A stretch of DNA of 62,459 nt, filler included, from an uncultured Methanosarcinales archaeon (GTDB lineage Archaea > Nanobdellota > Nanobdellia > Woesearchaeales > CAYMBN01): NCBI GenBank assembly GCA_964388715.1. It is 7 parts of 7 records of this genome, joined end to end, with 100 filler letters (N's around TTAATTAATTAA, not from the genome) between each part and the next. Parts side by side here need not be neighbours in the genome. Positions count along the whole stretch, not along the records: positions 29,016 to 37,816 come from CAYMBN010000019.1; positions 37,917 to 46,128 come from CAYMBN010000020.1; 5 more parts are not named here. One strand, 5' to 3'. This document shows, piece by piece, positions 32,301 through 42,223 of this stretch. Both the position numbers and the translations under genes were made by a program. The notes beneath the pieces are model-generated. The model searched no databases and had not been told where the DNA came from. It saw nothing but the letters and a program-made list of their open reading frames with translations. Every line of letters starts with the position of its first letter. The first letter of the stretch is position 1.

Positions 32301-34100
32301 TTCTTTTCTGTCTGCATTGTAATGTGCATCTGTTTTTTGTACAGCAATCATATTATTATGTAATATTTGTGCACCTGTTGTTCTTACATCATCTATTCTT
32401 ACGTTTGTGATTTTTTGTGGGTCACGTACAAATCCAACAGGGTTGATTGTAAAAACAAGACCAAGCGGAATACTTATTTTTTTAACTTCTCCTGCAACTA
32501 CATAACCAGGTGATAATGAACTTTCACCCACTCTCCAGAATTCGCTGCCAGGGTCAAACTTAATATCTTTTTTGACTGGAGATATTTCATTACCTGCTTT
32601 GTCTCCTGCCATTATCCATAATGTGTTTCTACCTTGAGAAGTTTTTGTACCAAGTGCTGTGAGAGCAACTTTGATTTCAAAATTACCGTTTGCATCTGTT
32701 TGAACTGTTTTATGATCTTTTGCATATTCAATCTTACCCATCATCTGTTCTAGATTGAATGTGCCACCTATTTTTGTTGAAGTATCAACAGAAGGTGCTG
32801 CACCGCCTTTTATACCTGCACCATAACCTTCATTTACATTTTCAAAACCATATTTGCCTGTTGTCCAGTTAAAATATGGTGGCCAGTTTGAAACATTTGC
32901 TAAGTTAGCTATTCTTACATAACCTGGTTCATTTAATTGTCCTGTTATGGTTGCAATTTGGAAATGAACTTCATCAGGTACATCCATTTTAACAAATGAA
33001 GGTGGTTGGTTATCAAATGATAATGTATGTTTAATTATTTCTTTGTTACCTGCAATGTCAGTTGCTGTAATTGTGATATTATTTTCTCCTTGAGCAAATC
33101 CTGACAGGGTGAGGTTGAAGTTTCCTTCTTTAACTTCTCTAGCTGTTACCTTATTGTTATTTATTGTTGTTTGTAGGTAGATGTTTTTGCTAACAGATGC
33201 AATCAGGTTAAGTGTTGCTTTATTTGTACTTTCAGGAATTTCAATATTAATTTCAGGAGGTGTTGTGTCAAGTGTTATGTTAAGATATTCTGTGTATTTA
33301 TTTTGACTAATATCAATTGCTTTTATTTTAATTTGGTTAAGACCGTTTCTTAGTTCGTAGTCGAGAGTGAATCTTCCTTCTTGATTTGAGTTTGTTAATA
33401 CTGCGTTTGTTTCTGAAAATTCGTATGCAATCACTGTACAGTTTGGTTCTGTTAAACCTGAAATGTTTAATATGTTCTGATTTGTTGCTGCATTTAGTTG
33501 GTCAAGTGTGATAACTGGTGGTGTGATATCAAGTTTTGTTTTAAGGTTTCTTATCCTTGTGTCTTTGTTAATCAAGAAGTAATATGTTGTTTCTTTTTTT
33601 AGGTTGTTGATTATGATAGAATGTTCTGTTGTTTCTAGAGTTTCTGATTGGGATTTGTTAAGTTGGTTAATATCTTCTCCGTATCTTATTAATGAGGTTG
33701 ACGGGTGGTTGGTTATCCATTTGATTATTGCAGAGTCAAGTGTGATGTTTTCAATTGATATATTTGATACTAGGAATGTTGTAAACTTGTCTAGTACTGA
33801 ATCAAACTCGTCTTTAAATGAAGAGGATACTTTATAATAATATTCTTGACCTGGTTCAAGACCTGTTAGGTTTAATGAATGTGTGGTTGTGTTAAGGTTA
33901 CTTGATTTGGTTCTGCTAAGGTCAGGGGTTATACTGTATTCTACCTTTGTATCAGCTGGTTTATCTGTTTCCCATGTGATTTGTTCAGTGTGTTGGTCAA
34001 CTGGTTCTGCCTGTATATTACTTATTGAAACTGCTAATGACATAGGTATCATTATTATTAACATGCATACAAGTATTGCTAGTTGTTTTCTTGTTTTCAT
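29355..34100 (-). CDS. 1581-aa secreted protein: 2 FnIII/purple-acid-phosphatase-N-like domains, Ig-like domains, Cys-rich amphipathic helical domain
   Basis: Signal peptide; ITWETD..ADTKVEY...HSLNLTGLEPGQEYYYKV (FnIII-like, twice); DTTPP/DIAGN Ig-like repeats; central Cys-rich region shared with 42210-45338. Confidence 0.8.
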   Translation of the reverse strand: MKTRKQLAILVCMLIIMIPMSLAVSISNIQAEPVDQHTEQITWETDKPADTKVEYSITPDLSRTKSSNLNTTTHSLNLTGLEPGQEYYYKVSSSFKDEFDSVLDKFTTFLVSNISIENITLDSAIIKWITNHPSTSLIRYGEDINQLNKSQSETLETTEHSIIINNLKKETTYYFLINKDTRIRNLKTKLDITPPVITLDQLNAATNQNILNISGLTEPNCTVIAYEFSETNAVLTNSNQEGRFTLDYELRNGLNQIKIKAIDISQNKYTEYLNITLDTTPPEINIEIPESTNKATLNLIASVSKNIYLQTTINNNKVTAREVKEGNFNLTLSGFAQGENNITITATDIAGNKEIIKHTLSFDNQPPSFVKMDVPDEVHFQIATITGQLNEPGYVRIANLANVSNWPPYFNWTTGKYGFENVNEGYGAGIKGGAAPSVDTSTKIGGTFNLEQMMGKIEYAKDHKTVQTDANGNFEIKVALTALGTKTSQGRNTLWIMAGDKAGNEISPVKKDIKFDPGSEFWRVGESSLSPGYVVAGEVKKISIPLGLVFTINPVGFVRDPQKITNVRIDDVRTTGAQILHNNMIAVQKTDAHYNADRKEIFGYTELKLDKWSGNINDIPDPIEFELKLMIQYDYEGESQPMEHVYIKQTIDVDMPLEEGSWLSMNTINSLLKFINKSLDVLSSIVPIVRDTAMYTMGGCLLLTTWFNIKGYISRTPLTESERKLLFTVCDRVGCPYVPPECAKLEFKTRGKGENEIAYTDKYRDGSMSLYHTGQTGNDYKERNMCPADQYVVERTIQEKTYNYDATAGQQDLIWGGLIAGESRKTVVCTELTKKEFYKDLKNQETAPQLTGPRGCYLPGPSEYDDLKCLGIFDKRRMKDVNPFDDIWTSTNCVCISGMAKHLENLEKIFNAAKKCLLEAQQGEVSGGYCERLLSMYACDFISWGVMKVLENKRYDAEKTDPKNPQKRADGFNTRTQFQAVNKELGDRYQGVFNNRFGLSTDQVVKQVCMAAWNEDWTGLEDELTGMIETVPAEPTILPLMADSRVYRYNPFKGTVTIRYSVTPGVYSGGQPINWKLELYCEKGAHGDEYCPNRRVSDNKSGYIGADSQLTGNIEWNDEDANYWFNKARLTLTYSSGAEIKERILTTDIVHKGGMVKACGINTNPFGDNMIWCRAMQQSHYGSIKLDEVKLSPKNSEFYAGNDVKVKLKLKNSNFQDRYFFIAYDILRPGEEEPEKLIHVATPKTEDLFSQEDEVTLNVNLMKIGEDDTNQKQIYYVGKIKLSEDQKTKLQNSKDKFQIAAPTTQRITIKKIIFGGKTCSYKGETADCNIKENQIWDEIYVEAYAPKDKVPFSVDVIPYNEEGLDQTNKFNFIIDKEQTLDKKPKYPPGEYKLTLKLIKDLDNNEKPDPDDMVIPYGQDEQKEEIEFKIVEQEKIDCEKEPLVEIITPVSEVYCNPEKPLRIEVNTWDDCNQEELTVYLNRDEQEEPEPLLPDNSPSHEPGISNVGYVWDKQPLKKYFENDKKQLAIYAEVKDNKDKTRETTRLIYLRERSLDCSQKYASDIPKTEKDEEKTEETQPPSEE

Positions 34101-35959
34101 TTTATTGAAGGTATGTATCTACTTGATTCTGGAAGTATTGTTGAGTCCCACATTTTTACAAATTCTTCTGTTGTTTTTGGTACAGGTGTTTTTGTTATTA
34201 CTGAAAATTTGAGTTTTTGTGCGTTTTTGATTATGTCATAGTCAGCTTTCCATTTGTTAAGTTGAAGTCCGCCAAAGAGTTTTTCATCTTTACCTAATTT
34301 TATGCTGATTTCATATTCATAATCGCCAAGTTCAATTGTGATATTGTTTTGTAATGGGTAAATGATTGTTTCATCTGTTAATGTTTTGAGATTTTTCATG
34401 CTGAAAATGATTAATTCGCCTTCTTTGAGTTTACGTTTTGTTTTTTGTGGGTATGTTACAATGTTAAAGTCTAGGTTGATTGTTTTTAATGGTGTCATTA
34501 TTATGTTTGTTGAAAGTTCTGTCATTTCTTCTGCTATAGTAACATGTTTTGTTGCGTCTTTGTAACCTGGTTTTTTTGCGATTAGCAGTCCATTAATACA
34601 ATATGGAAACTTTGTTTCAAGTGCTGGTTCTGAACCATAAATTTCAACTCTTGTGCCTGGGTACATTTGTTTTTGGGTTACACCCATGTCACATTTGAAT
34701 TGGACACATTGGAATTCTATGCTTGTGTTTTCAATTGATTCTGCTGTTTCTTTGTCAGAAGCATATACTTTGAATTCGTAAAGTGTATTTAAACAATAAT
34801 CTAAGCTTGTGAATCCTAATGGTACTTGTTCTGGTACAAAAATGTTAAGTTCTCTGTCTGCTTTATTATCACGCATTATTACTGGTGTTGCAAAGTTAAA
34901 TGTGTAACCTGTTTCGTCGTCGGTAAGTTTGAATAAAATTGGAAATTCAATATCATATCTGTGATGGAATATTTTGAAACATGTACCTACAATTGGTACT
35001 TTTGGGTTGATTGGTTTTACAATATCACCACTGTTTGGTCTTACATTGAGTCTTGTTATTCCAAACTTTGCATCGTAGATTGTATCAACTTTAATATCTC
35101 GATAATTTTCACGTGTTAAGTTAATATGATAAAGTTTTCTGTAATATTCATATTCTGGTTCAAGATATTTTGTGTTTTGGAATGTTAAATAATGTAAATT
35201 TCTTCTAAATAGATTTTTTAGTGCTGGTTTAATATCGTTTTCAATTGACCAGGCCATTCCTGAGCATGTTATATCCATTCCTTCATAAGGTAAGCCTGAT
35301 GTTGCAATAATTTCTAATGCACGTTGTTCAAGAAAAGCTTCATTATTTTCCTTTTCCATAATTAATTTTGCTAGGTCATGCATTTTTCCTAGCTTTGTGT
35401 CAATAAAGACTTTGAATTTTGGTAAGTTAAATTTCTTTGTTGTGAATTGATCTTGTACTTTTACTTGATAATTGATGTAAAGGACAATATCTTGTTTATT
35501 GATCTTAGTTGTTATGATTGGTTCTGTGTCATTGATTTGGAACTTATCTTGGAAAGATTGAAAATTGTTAACGCATGTTTTTAGATTATTTGTAACATAT
35601 TCTGAGATTTGTTGGCCTATTTTGATTTTGGTCGGAGTGGTATCTTGTTGATCAATGTACCAGTAAGGTACTTTGAATGTTGAGTTTGGAAGTAATGAAA
35701 CATGTTTAGTTGGATCGTTTAATATTTCAGGTGGAATGTCTATGTAACCTCCTCTTAAACCTAGTTGAATAATTGCGCTTTGTGCATGATCTCTTACACA
35801 GGTTTCAACAAATTGTTTTAAAGGGACAATCTCGTCAGGAATGATTATTTCTTCAATTATTGTTGTACGTTCTTTTATGTAAAAGAAGATTCCTGTTGCA
35901 ATTATAAGTATCAAACCCATAATTACAAAGATTGATATTTGTGACCTCTTTTTTTTCAT
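34097..35959 (-). CDS. Large type-IV-pilin-like protein with class III signal peptide (paralogue of 40124-42223)
   Basis: MKKKRS/QISIFVIMGLILII, plus FVETC..LG.RGGY..VPYW..C motifs shared with its paralogue. Confidence 0.75.
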   Translation of the reverse strand: MKKKRSQISIFVIMGLILIIATGIFFYIKERTTIIEEIIIPDEIVPLKQFVETCVRDHAQSAIIQLGLRGGYIDIPPEILNDPTKHVSLLPNSTFKVPYWYIDQQDTTPTKIKIGQQISEYVTNNLKTCVNNFQSFQDKFQINDTEPIITTKINKQDIVLYINYQVKVQDQFTTKKFNLPKFKVFIDTKLGKMHDLAKLIMEKENNEAFLEQRALEIIATSGLPYEGMDITCSGMAWSIENDIKPALKNLFRRNLHYLTFQNTKYLEPEYEYYRKLYHINLTRENYRDIKVDTIYDAKFGITRLNVRPNSGDIVKPINPKVPIVGTCFKIFHHRYDIEFPILFKLTDDETGYTFNFATPVIMRDNKADRELNIFVPEQVPLGFTSLDYCLNTLYEFKVYASDKETAESIENTSIEFQCVQFKCDMGVTQKQMYPGTRVEIYGSEPALETKFPYCINGLLIAKKPGYKDATKHVTIAEEMTELSTNIIMTPLKTINLDFNIVTYPQKTKRKLKEGELIIFSMKNLKTLTDETIIYPLQNNITIELGDYEYEISIKLGKDEKLFGGLQLNKWKADYDIIKNAQKLKFSVITKTPVPKTTEEFVKMWDSTILPESSRYIPSIK

Positions 35960-35960
35960 T

Positions 35961-36683
35961 TTATTGTTTATATATTAATGTAAAATAATTACGTGACCAT
36001 GCCATGAATACTAGTAAAAAGATTATTGAGATTATTACTTGGATTAATTGTGATGCATTTTTGAAGATTAATGATACAATTGATAGTAGTATGAAGGTTA
36101 TTATGATTAGTATTAGTGTTGGTAGGTATTTTGGAAGTTTTGTTATTGATGTTTTGAATGATTCTGCTAATGTTCTGAATACTTTTTCTTTTAATGTGAA
36201 TGTTATGTTAATGATTAATGTAAGGTATGTGATTATAAGTAGTAAAGGTAGGACTATAGTTGGGGATGTTGGTTGTATTAAGATGAAAAGTATGATTATT
36301 GTTCCAAGCCAAATCAGGTTAAGTGTATAAAATTTGTAAAAATAAGTTAGTTTTAGTTTCTTTTTTAATATTATAGACCAGATAATTCCTTTGAATATTG
36401 TGTAGATTAATACTATAAGTAATATGTAAAATATGTAGAGAAATATTGCTTTGTAAACAAACTGTGATGCAATTGATGTTTGTTGGTAAATTTGTTCAAT
36501 TGGTACATCAATCAGGTTTGTGTTGAATTGCGGAATATTTTGTGATAGGGATAGTAATAGATTAAAGAATGACATTACTATGTAATATAATAATGCGAAC
36601 AGTGCAAAGTCTAATAGGATTGTGATTAGGAATTTCTTGTTAAGGTTTTTTACACTTTCCGCATAGAGTTTTATTGATTTCAT
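35961..36683 (-). CDS. Polytopic membrane protein (about 6 TM)
   Basis: 240 aa, highly hydrophobic, with an ATGA overlap to the upstream gene. Confidence 0.75.
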   Translation of the reverse strand: MKSIKLYAESVKNLNKKFLITILLDFALFALLYYIVMSFFNLLLSLSQNIPQFNTNLIDVPIEQIYQQTSIASQFVYKAIFLYIFYILLIVLIYTIFKGIIWSIILKKKLKLTYFYKFYTLNLIWLGTIIILFILIQPTSPTIVLPLLLIITYLTLIINITFTLKEKVFRTLAESFKTSITKLPKYLPTLILIIITFILLSIVSLIFKNASQLIQVIISIIFLLVFMAWSRNYFTLIYKQ

Positions 36684-39600
36684 ATGTTGTCTGGAATAAG
36701 TGATGTTGGATCACTTGATGTTGATTGTGATGTTGAGGTGGTTTGTTGTTCTGAAGAGACTGGTTGGCCAGAGTGTACTACTACTGGTCTGTCTCCTAAT
36801 GAACCAAAGCTGAATAAGCCTCCTAGGAATGTGTCTATGCTGTCTAGTTCTGAAACATATGATTGTTCGTAGTTAAATTTATTACATTGTTCATCTCCTT
36901 CTAATGTTATTCTTAAGTCATCTGCGTTTGCGAATTTTAAACATAGTTTGTTGTAGTCATTGGATGATATGAATGTTGTTTCATTACCACTTGCAATCAG
37001 TGCTTGGCCTTTGGTTTTTCTGTTGTTTTTGTAAAGATTTTTAGAGGTTGTTCCTTTTTTGAGAATTACATTGAATTCTGGTTGTGCTCCTGAACAGCTT
37101 GGGTCAACCTTGAATGTGACAACGTAAAGATATTCTTGTTGTGTTGTGTCGTCTTTTTTACACATATTGTTTGTACATGTGAAATCATCTGAACAATTAT
37201 TATCGTGTGTACATTCTTTTGGGAATGGACCATATTTTTCTCCTGCAATGTATGAAAAGATGTTGTTGTAATAAGGGCCATATTTATCTCCTTGTAGGAT
37301 TGGAGCTGTTCTTATATAACCGTCACAACCATAACCAATTACAACTGTTTCAGCTGCTTTTTTGATTCTATCTTTACATATGTTTGTTGTGACTGATTCG
37401 ATTCCTCCAAGTACTCCAAAGAGTTCTTCTGTGAGGAACTTTTCAACATCTCTTGCCCATCTTGCTGTGAATTCTGGCATAAGAAGTGTTGATAATCGTT
37501 GTCCAAGGCCAGCTGTTTGGGTTGCTTTATTAACCCAATAGTCCATCTGTGCTCCACTACGTCTTACTTTGTAAATACGGATTTGTTCTGTATATTGTGA
37601 TTTGAGTTCTTGTTCTGCTTTTGTTAATGTGCCTGTTTTTGCTTTAAGTGTTTCTAGGGTATTTTTTTCTGGATCATCATCAAAAATATAATCTGTTGTT
37701 GTTTCTTGACCTTCTTTAATTTCAATAACCTTGCCTGAAATTGGTTTACCATTATCATCTATTTTTAGATGAGATCTTCCTATTTCTTTTTTACCATCTT
37801 CTGAATATTTATGTGTNNNNNNNNNNNNNNNNNNNNNNNNNNNNNNNNNNNNNNNNNNNNTTAATTAATTAANNNNNNNNNNNNNNNNNNNNNNNNNNNN
37901 NNNNNNNNNNNNNNNNTTTTTAGATGAGATCTTCCTATTTCTTTTTTACCATCTTCTGAATATTTATGTGTGATTGTTGTTCGAACACCTGTGAATTTTC
38001 CTGTCTTAGGATCACGTTCTTTGATTACGTCTTTTTTAATTTGACCTTTTTTTGTTTCTATTGTTTGTTGATTATACTTTTTACCATCTATATGTTCAAT
38101 TACAGTTAGTTCTCTTGTTACTTTCTTATCTTTATATCTTTTTTCAGTTGTTGTCTTTTTACTTGTTTTACCATCTTGTTCATAGGTAATAATTCTTTGT
38201 GGTTGTTCTATTTTGTTATTTTTGAAGTTTGATTTAACTTCTGTGTTCCCTTCTTGAACTGTAACTTGGTATTTTGTATTCTTGTTTGAATCTTTAATTG
38301 TGATTATTCCGTTTTTAACTGTTTCATCATCAACCTTACTCTCCTTAATCATAAATTCAACATTACCTTTTTCTGAGAATCTTGTAAATGTTTTCTTGTC
38401 TTTTTCTCCTAATTCAAATGAAACTAAATCATTTTGAATGTTTATTTCTCCTTTTTGACCAGTAAGTTGGATTTTTACATCTTGGGAAGGTATCCATTCT
38501 CCATCTTCATCTTTTTGTTGGGTTTTGACAATTGCACCACCTATAAAATTACCATAAGATGTTTTGGTTTCACTGTCTCCTTCACCTGTTACATAATATT
38601 CAAAAAGGACCCCTCCTTCTCCTGGTTCCTCGTTAAAATCTGTTATTTGTCCAAGCTTAGCTGGTGAGAAAACTTCTGGAATATTAACTTCTTTTCCATC
38701 TGTGCGATGTAATGTTGTTGAGGTTGGTTTGCCATCTTGTCCGTAGTTTATTGTGCCGTGTTCTCCCCCACCAAAGATTTCTGTTTGTTTATCAAATGAT
38801 AAGTCTTGTCCTTGGGCATTTCTTTTTCTAATTAATGTATAAGAACCTGTTCCATCTATTTTGTATGTGTAAACATTTCCATCTTGTTTTTGTAGATGGA
38901 ATAGTTTTTGACTACCTTCAAAAAATACTTTTGAATCTTTAACAAATTCTGCAGGAGGTTTATGTGCTTCCCCAGCATTTCTGTAGATTTTATTAACTGG
39001 ACCTTGCTCTTGTGTAGTTGTTATGTCACTAGGAGCAAAAGGACTTGCTGGAACATCTTGAATTGGTGCTACTTTTATTTTTTGATTGATTTGTGTTGTA
39101 AATTCATCTTTTGAATTAAATGCTGGTTCTATTATCTGTCCAAATCTGTTATCATAATTGTAAGTTTTAACTTCATTATTTTCATCAATAAAACTTATTG
39201 TTTTGAAATCATCATCAGAGTAATATAAAATCTCTTCAGAATCTTTTTTCTTTACAACAGTGAATTTTTCTCCATCACTAAATTCAAAATTTTCAAATTC
39301 TAGTGTTGAATCTTCTTGAGTGATACTTGAATGTAGGTTTTCAACAATATAATGGTTAATTGAATCAGATTGTAATTTTTCAATTGTATAACCTGTAGAT
39401 TTATATTGTCCACCGGTATCCTTTATATAAATTTTCTTGTCCTTGATATAACCTTTTCCTTCTGTTAAAGCTGCCCAGATTGGTTGGAAATCTTTATTTT
39501 CTTTATTTTTGTAGTATTCTAAAAGTTCTTGTGAAGTAGCAGAACCTAAATTTAACTGTTCATTTATATCAATTGGTGTGTATTCTGAAGTTGTTTCTAC

Positions 39601-40131
39601 TTTTGCTGATGCTTCTGTGCCTGAGGTAATTGGTCCATCTCCCCCTCCGCCTGATTCAGTTCCTGTTAAACTTACTACTACTTGACTGGCTGTTTTACCT
39701 TCTGGGATGATTCTTCCTGAACTTGTTATTAATGAACTTCCACGATCAATTCCTTGTAATGAGTAACTATTTAATGTATATGCTTGGTAAGGTTTCCATT
39801 TGCTATTGTCAATTTTATCTTGATATTTTTGTAAGTCACTTGTTCCTGTATTTAATCTTTTAAATGGATCTGTTGCACCATCAAGAGTTGAGATAAGTAT
39901 ATCTTTTATAGTGTCTCCTTGTTTGATGACTGCAACCATTCCAGCGTCTTTATATGCTTTTTCATCATCAGATATTGTGTCATAATATTCAATTGTTTGT
40001 TCAGATGTAACCATACCAGTAACCATTCCAGTCACCTGATTTGAATTAGATTCTGGGAGTAAGTAGACTAGTGTTCCTATCATGATTAGGAAGATCGTTA
40101 CAAGTATCCACATTGTTAGTTTCTTATTCAT
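36680..40131 (-). CDS. ~1098-aa N-terminally anchored surface protein, reconstructed across the assembly gap
   Basis: 37762-37816 is identical to 37917-37971 (55 bp). Removing 155 nt joins the 756-aa and 288-aa ORFs in frame with no stop (…GRSHLKIDDNGKPISG…RRSGAQMDYWVNK…). Confidence 0.85.
37817..37916. other. Artificial contig spacer between two overlapping contigs
   Basis: N44-TTAATTAATTAA-N44, flanked by a 55-bp exact overlap. Confidence 0.97.
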
Positions 40132-42223
40132 TTTTGAGTCTTGGGATTACCTTTGTTCTGTATTTTTGTGAGTATTCTTCTACTCTGCCCATCTCTGACA
40201 TGTCTTCATGAGTTAAACTAGTTGTTTGGCCTGGTGATGCAATTGCATAGAATATTATTGTGTCACTGTTGTCAAGATTGTATGATTTTATGTTTACTTT
40301 GTCTAGTTTTGCGCCACCATATGGGAATGGACTTGGTAAGTTAAGTCTAGGGATGACTATTGTTCTTTTTTTGAAAATTCCTGTTCTAACTTTTCTTGAT
40401 TGTTGTGGGATTACAATGTTTTTGTATAACAATAAGTTGACTTCAAGTGAATATTTGCCTGGGACTAAGTCCATTGTAGGTGTTTCATTGCCTCGCATTA
40501 CTAGGACTTGGTCAATTACTTGTTCTTGGCCAGGGATTGTTTGTTTTAGTAATGATATTGTAGCTTGTTCATCATCTGCTAACTCTCTTGGAATAGGGTT
40601 AAGTGTCCAGCCAAAATCTGTTTTTCTTGTTTCATATACCATTACTTTGACTTTTCTTTCTCTAGGAGGATCAATTTTAATCTCAATGTTTTCATTTTTG
40701 TCAAGTTGTGTTGTCAAGAGTTTTGATTCTGAGTAAAATCCTGGGTTGACTGCCATTAAGACTCCGTTTAAGCAGATAGGTAGTTTGCCTTTAAAGGTTC
40801 CTTGATCATCGGTTATGCCAACATCACAAGCAATATTAGAACAGATATATCTGATTGGACTATCTGGTTCATATGCTTGAGTATGTTTGTTAAATACTTT
40901 TACTGTTATGTTTCCTGAATTTCTTTGTGCTTCATCACATATCATTGTCATGCCTTCAACTTGTTGTGTTAAAGGTGGGTTTGTGGTATTGATCCAATCA
41001 TTACTTCTTATGTTACTCTCAAGTGCAAGATAAAACCTGTAACCTTGTCTGTTGAATGCGTTTGGATCATAGATTTCAATTAAAACAGGATAACTAACAT
41101 CGTAATTGAATTCATAACGTTTTATGCCTAATGGAATGAATGGGATTGGTGAGGAAACTACATCTGGTTTACATAGTTCACCACCACAGTCAAGGTCAAA
41201 GTAGATTGGGAATATTGGTAAGTATGTGAATTCAAGATTTAGGTCATCATATGAATTGTTTAGTGGGAGAATCATATTATCATATATTGTTTGTGAAGTA
41301 TCGTCGTTTGTTATGATTCTTTCATAGTTAGCTGTATTGGTTGCCTGAAGTATATCAACATTGTCTGCTAATCTTTCTTCTATTTTTTGTTTGACTTTTG
41401 TCTTTAGCCAGAACTTGTATGGGCCTAGGTTGAATTCTGCTGCTGAGATTGGAGGAATATCGCTCTCAAGTGAAGCAAAAGCTGTTATGATATTTTTTGT
41501 ATTTGTTTCAAGGTATTTGTGTTTGATTTCAAGATCTGCAACTTCTTTTGCAAGACCGTAAACTTTCATTAAGTTAACAGGTAGCTTTACCCAGAAGTTT
41601 TCTATTGTTGCAGAAGTGTCTGCTTTTTGTGTTTTAACTGGAAGTTCTGTTTGAACTAAAACATCTTGTTGTCTGATAGTGATTTGTGTTTGTGGTTGGC
41701 TAAATACATCAATTGTGAAACCTTGTTTTTTTAGTTCTGTAAAACCATTGAAACAATCTATTAGGTTTTCATTAACATAATCTTGAACTTGTGTTTCAAT
41801 TGAATTCAATGCAGGACCTCTTAATGGAGGAATGTTTTGTTCAAAAACATAACCAAACTTTCCATTGTTAGGACTCTTTAAATGGTGCCAGTATGGAACT
41901 TTTGTTGTATAAAATGTAAGTCCTTGTTTTTCAGTTGGGTTTGTGTTTAACAATGGAATATTAAATTGATCTACTTTTACATATCCTGAATGTTGGCCAA
42001 GTTCAACAACTGCATCTTTAGATGTTTGGGTTAAACAGGTTTGGATAAAGTTTCTTACTGGAAGTAGTGTGTTTGGAACTTGTTCAATGCTTGGATCTGC
42101 AATTGTTTCAAACTTTTGTTCAACAGTACGTGTTCTTACATAATAAAATAATGCAGTGCTAAATACTAGAATGATTCCTATTATTATGAATACTGTTATT
42201 TGTGCTTTTTTAGATTTCACCAC
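40124..42223 (-). CDS. Large type-IV-pilin-like protein with class III signal peptide
   Basis: MVKSKKA/QITVFIIIGIILVF, then FIQTC..LGQHSGY..VPYW..DC..YDVSYPVL..C..CDVG..PICLNG. Confidence 0.75.
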   Translation of the reverse strand: MVKSKKAQITVFIIIGIILVFSTALFYYVRTRTVEQKFETIADPSIEQVPNTLLPVRNFIQTCLTQTSKDAVVELGQHSGYVKVDQFNIPLLNTNPTEKQGLTFYTTKVPYWHHLKSPNNGKFGYVFEQNIPPLRGPALNSIETQVQDYVNENLIDCFNGFTELKKQGFTIDVFSQPQTQITIRQQDVLVQTELPVKTQKADTSATIENFWVKLPVNLMKVYGLAKEVADLEIKHKYLETNTKNIITAFASLESDIPPISAAEFNLGPYKFWLKTKVKQKIEERLADNVDILQATNTANYERIITNDDTSQTIYDNMILPLNNSYDDLNLEFTYLPIFPIYFDLDCGGELCKPDVVSSPIPFIPLGIKRYEFNYDVSYPVLIEIYDPNAFNRQGYRFYLALESNIRSNDWINTTNPPLTQQVEGMTMICDEAQRNSGNITVKVFNKHTQAYEPDSPIRYICSNIACDVGITDDQGTFKGKLPICLNGVLMAVNPGFYSESKLLTTQLDKNENIEIKIDPPRERKVKVMVYETRKTDFGWTLNPIPRELADDEQATISLLKQTIPGQEQVIDQVLVMRGNETPTMDLVPGKYSLEVNLLLYKNIVIPQQSRKVRTGIFKKRTIVIPRLNLPSPFPYGGAKLDKVNIKSYNLDNSDTIIFYAIASPGQTTSLTHEDMSEMGRVEEYSQKYRTKVIPRLKNE

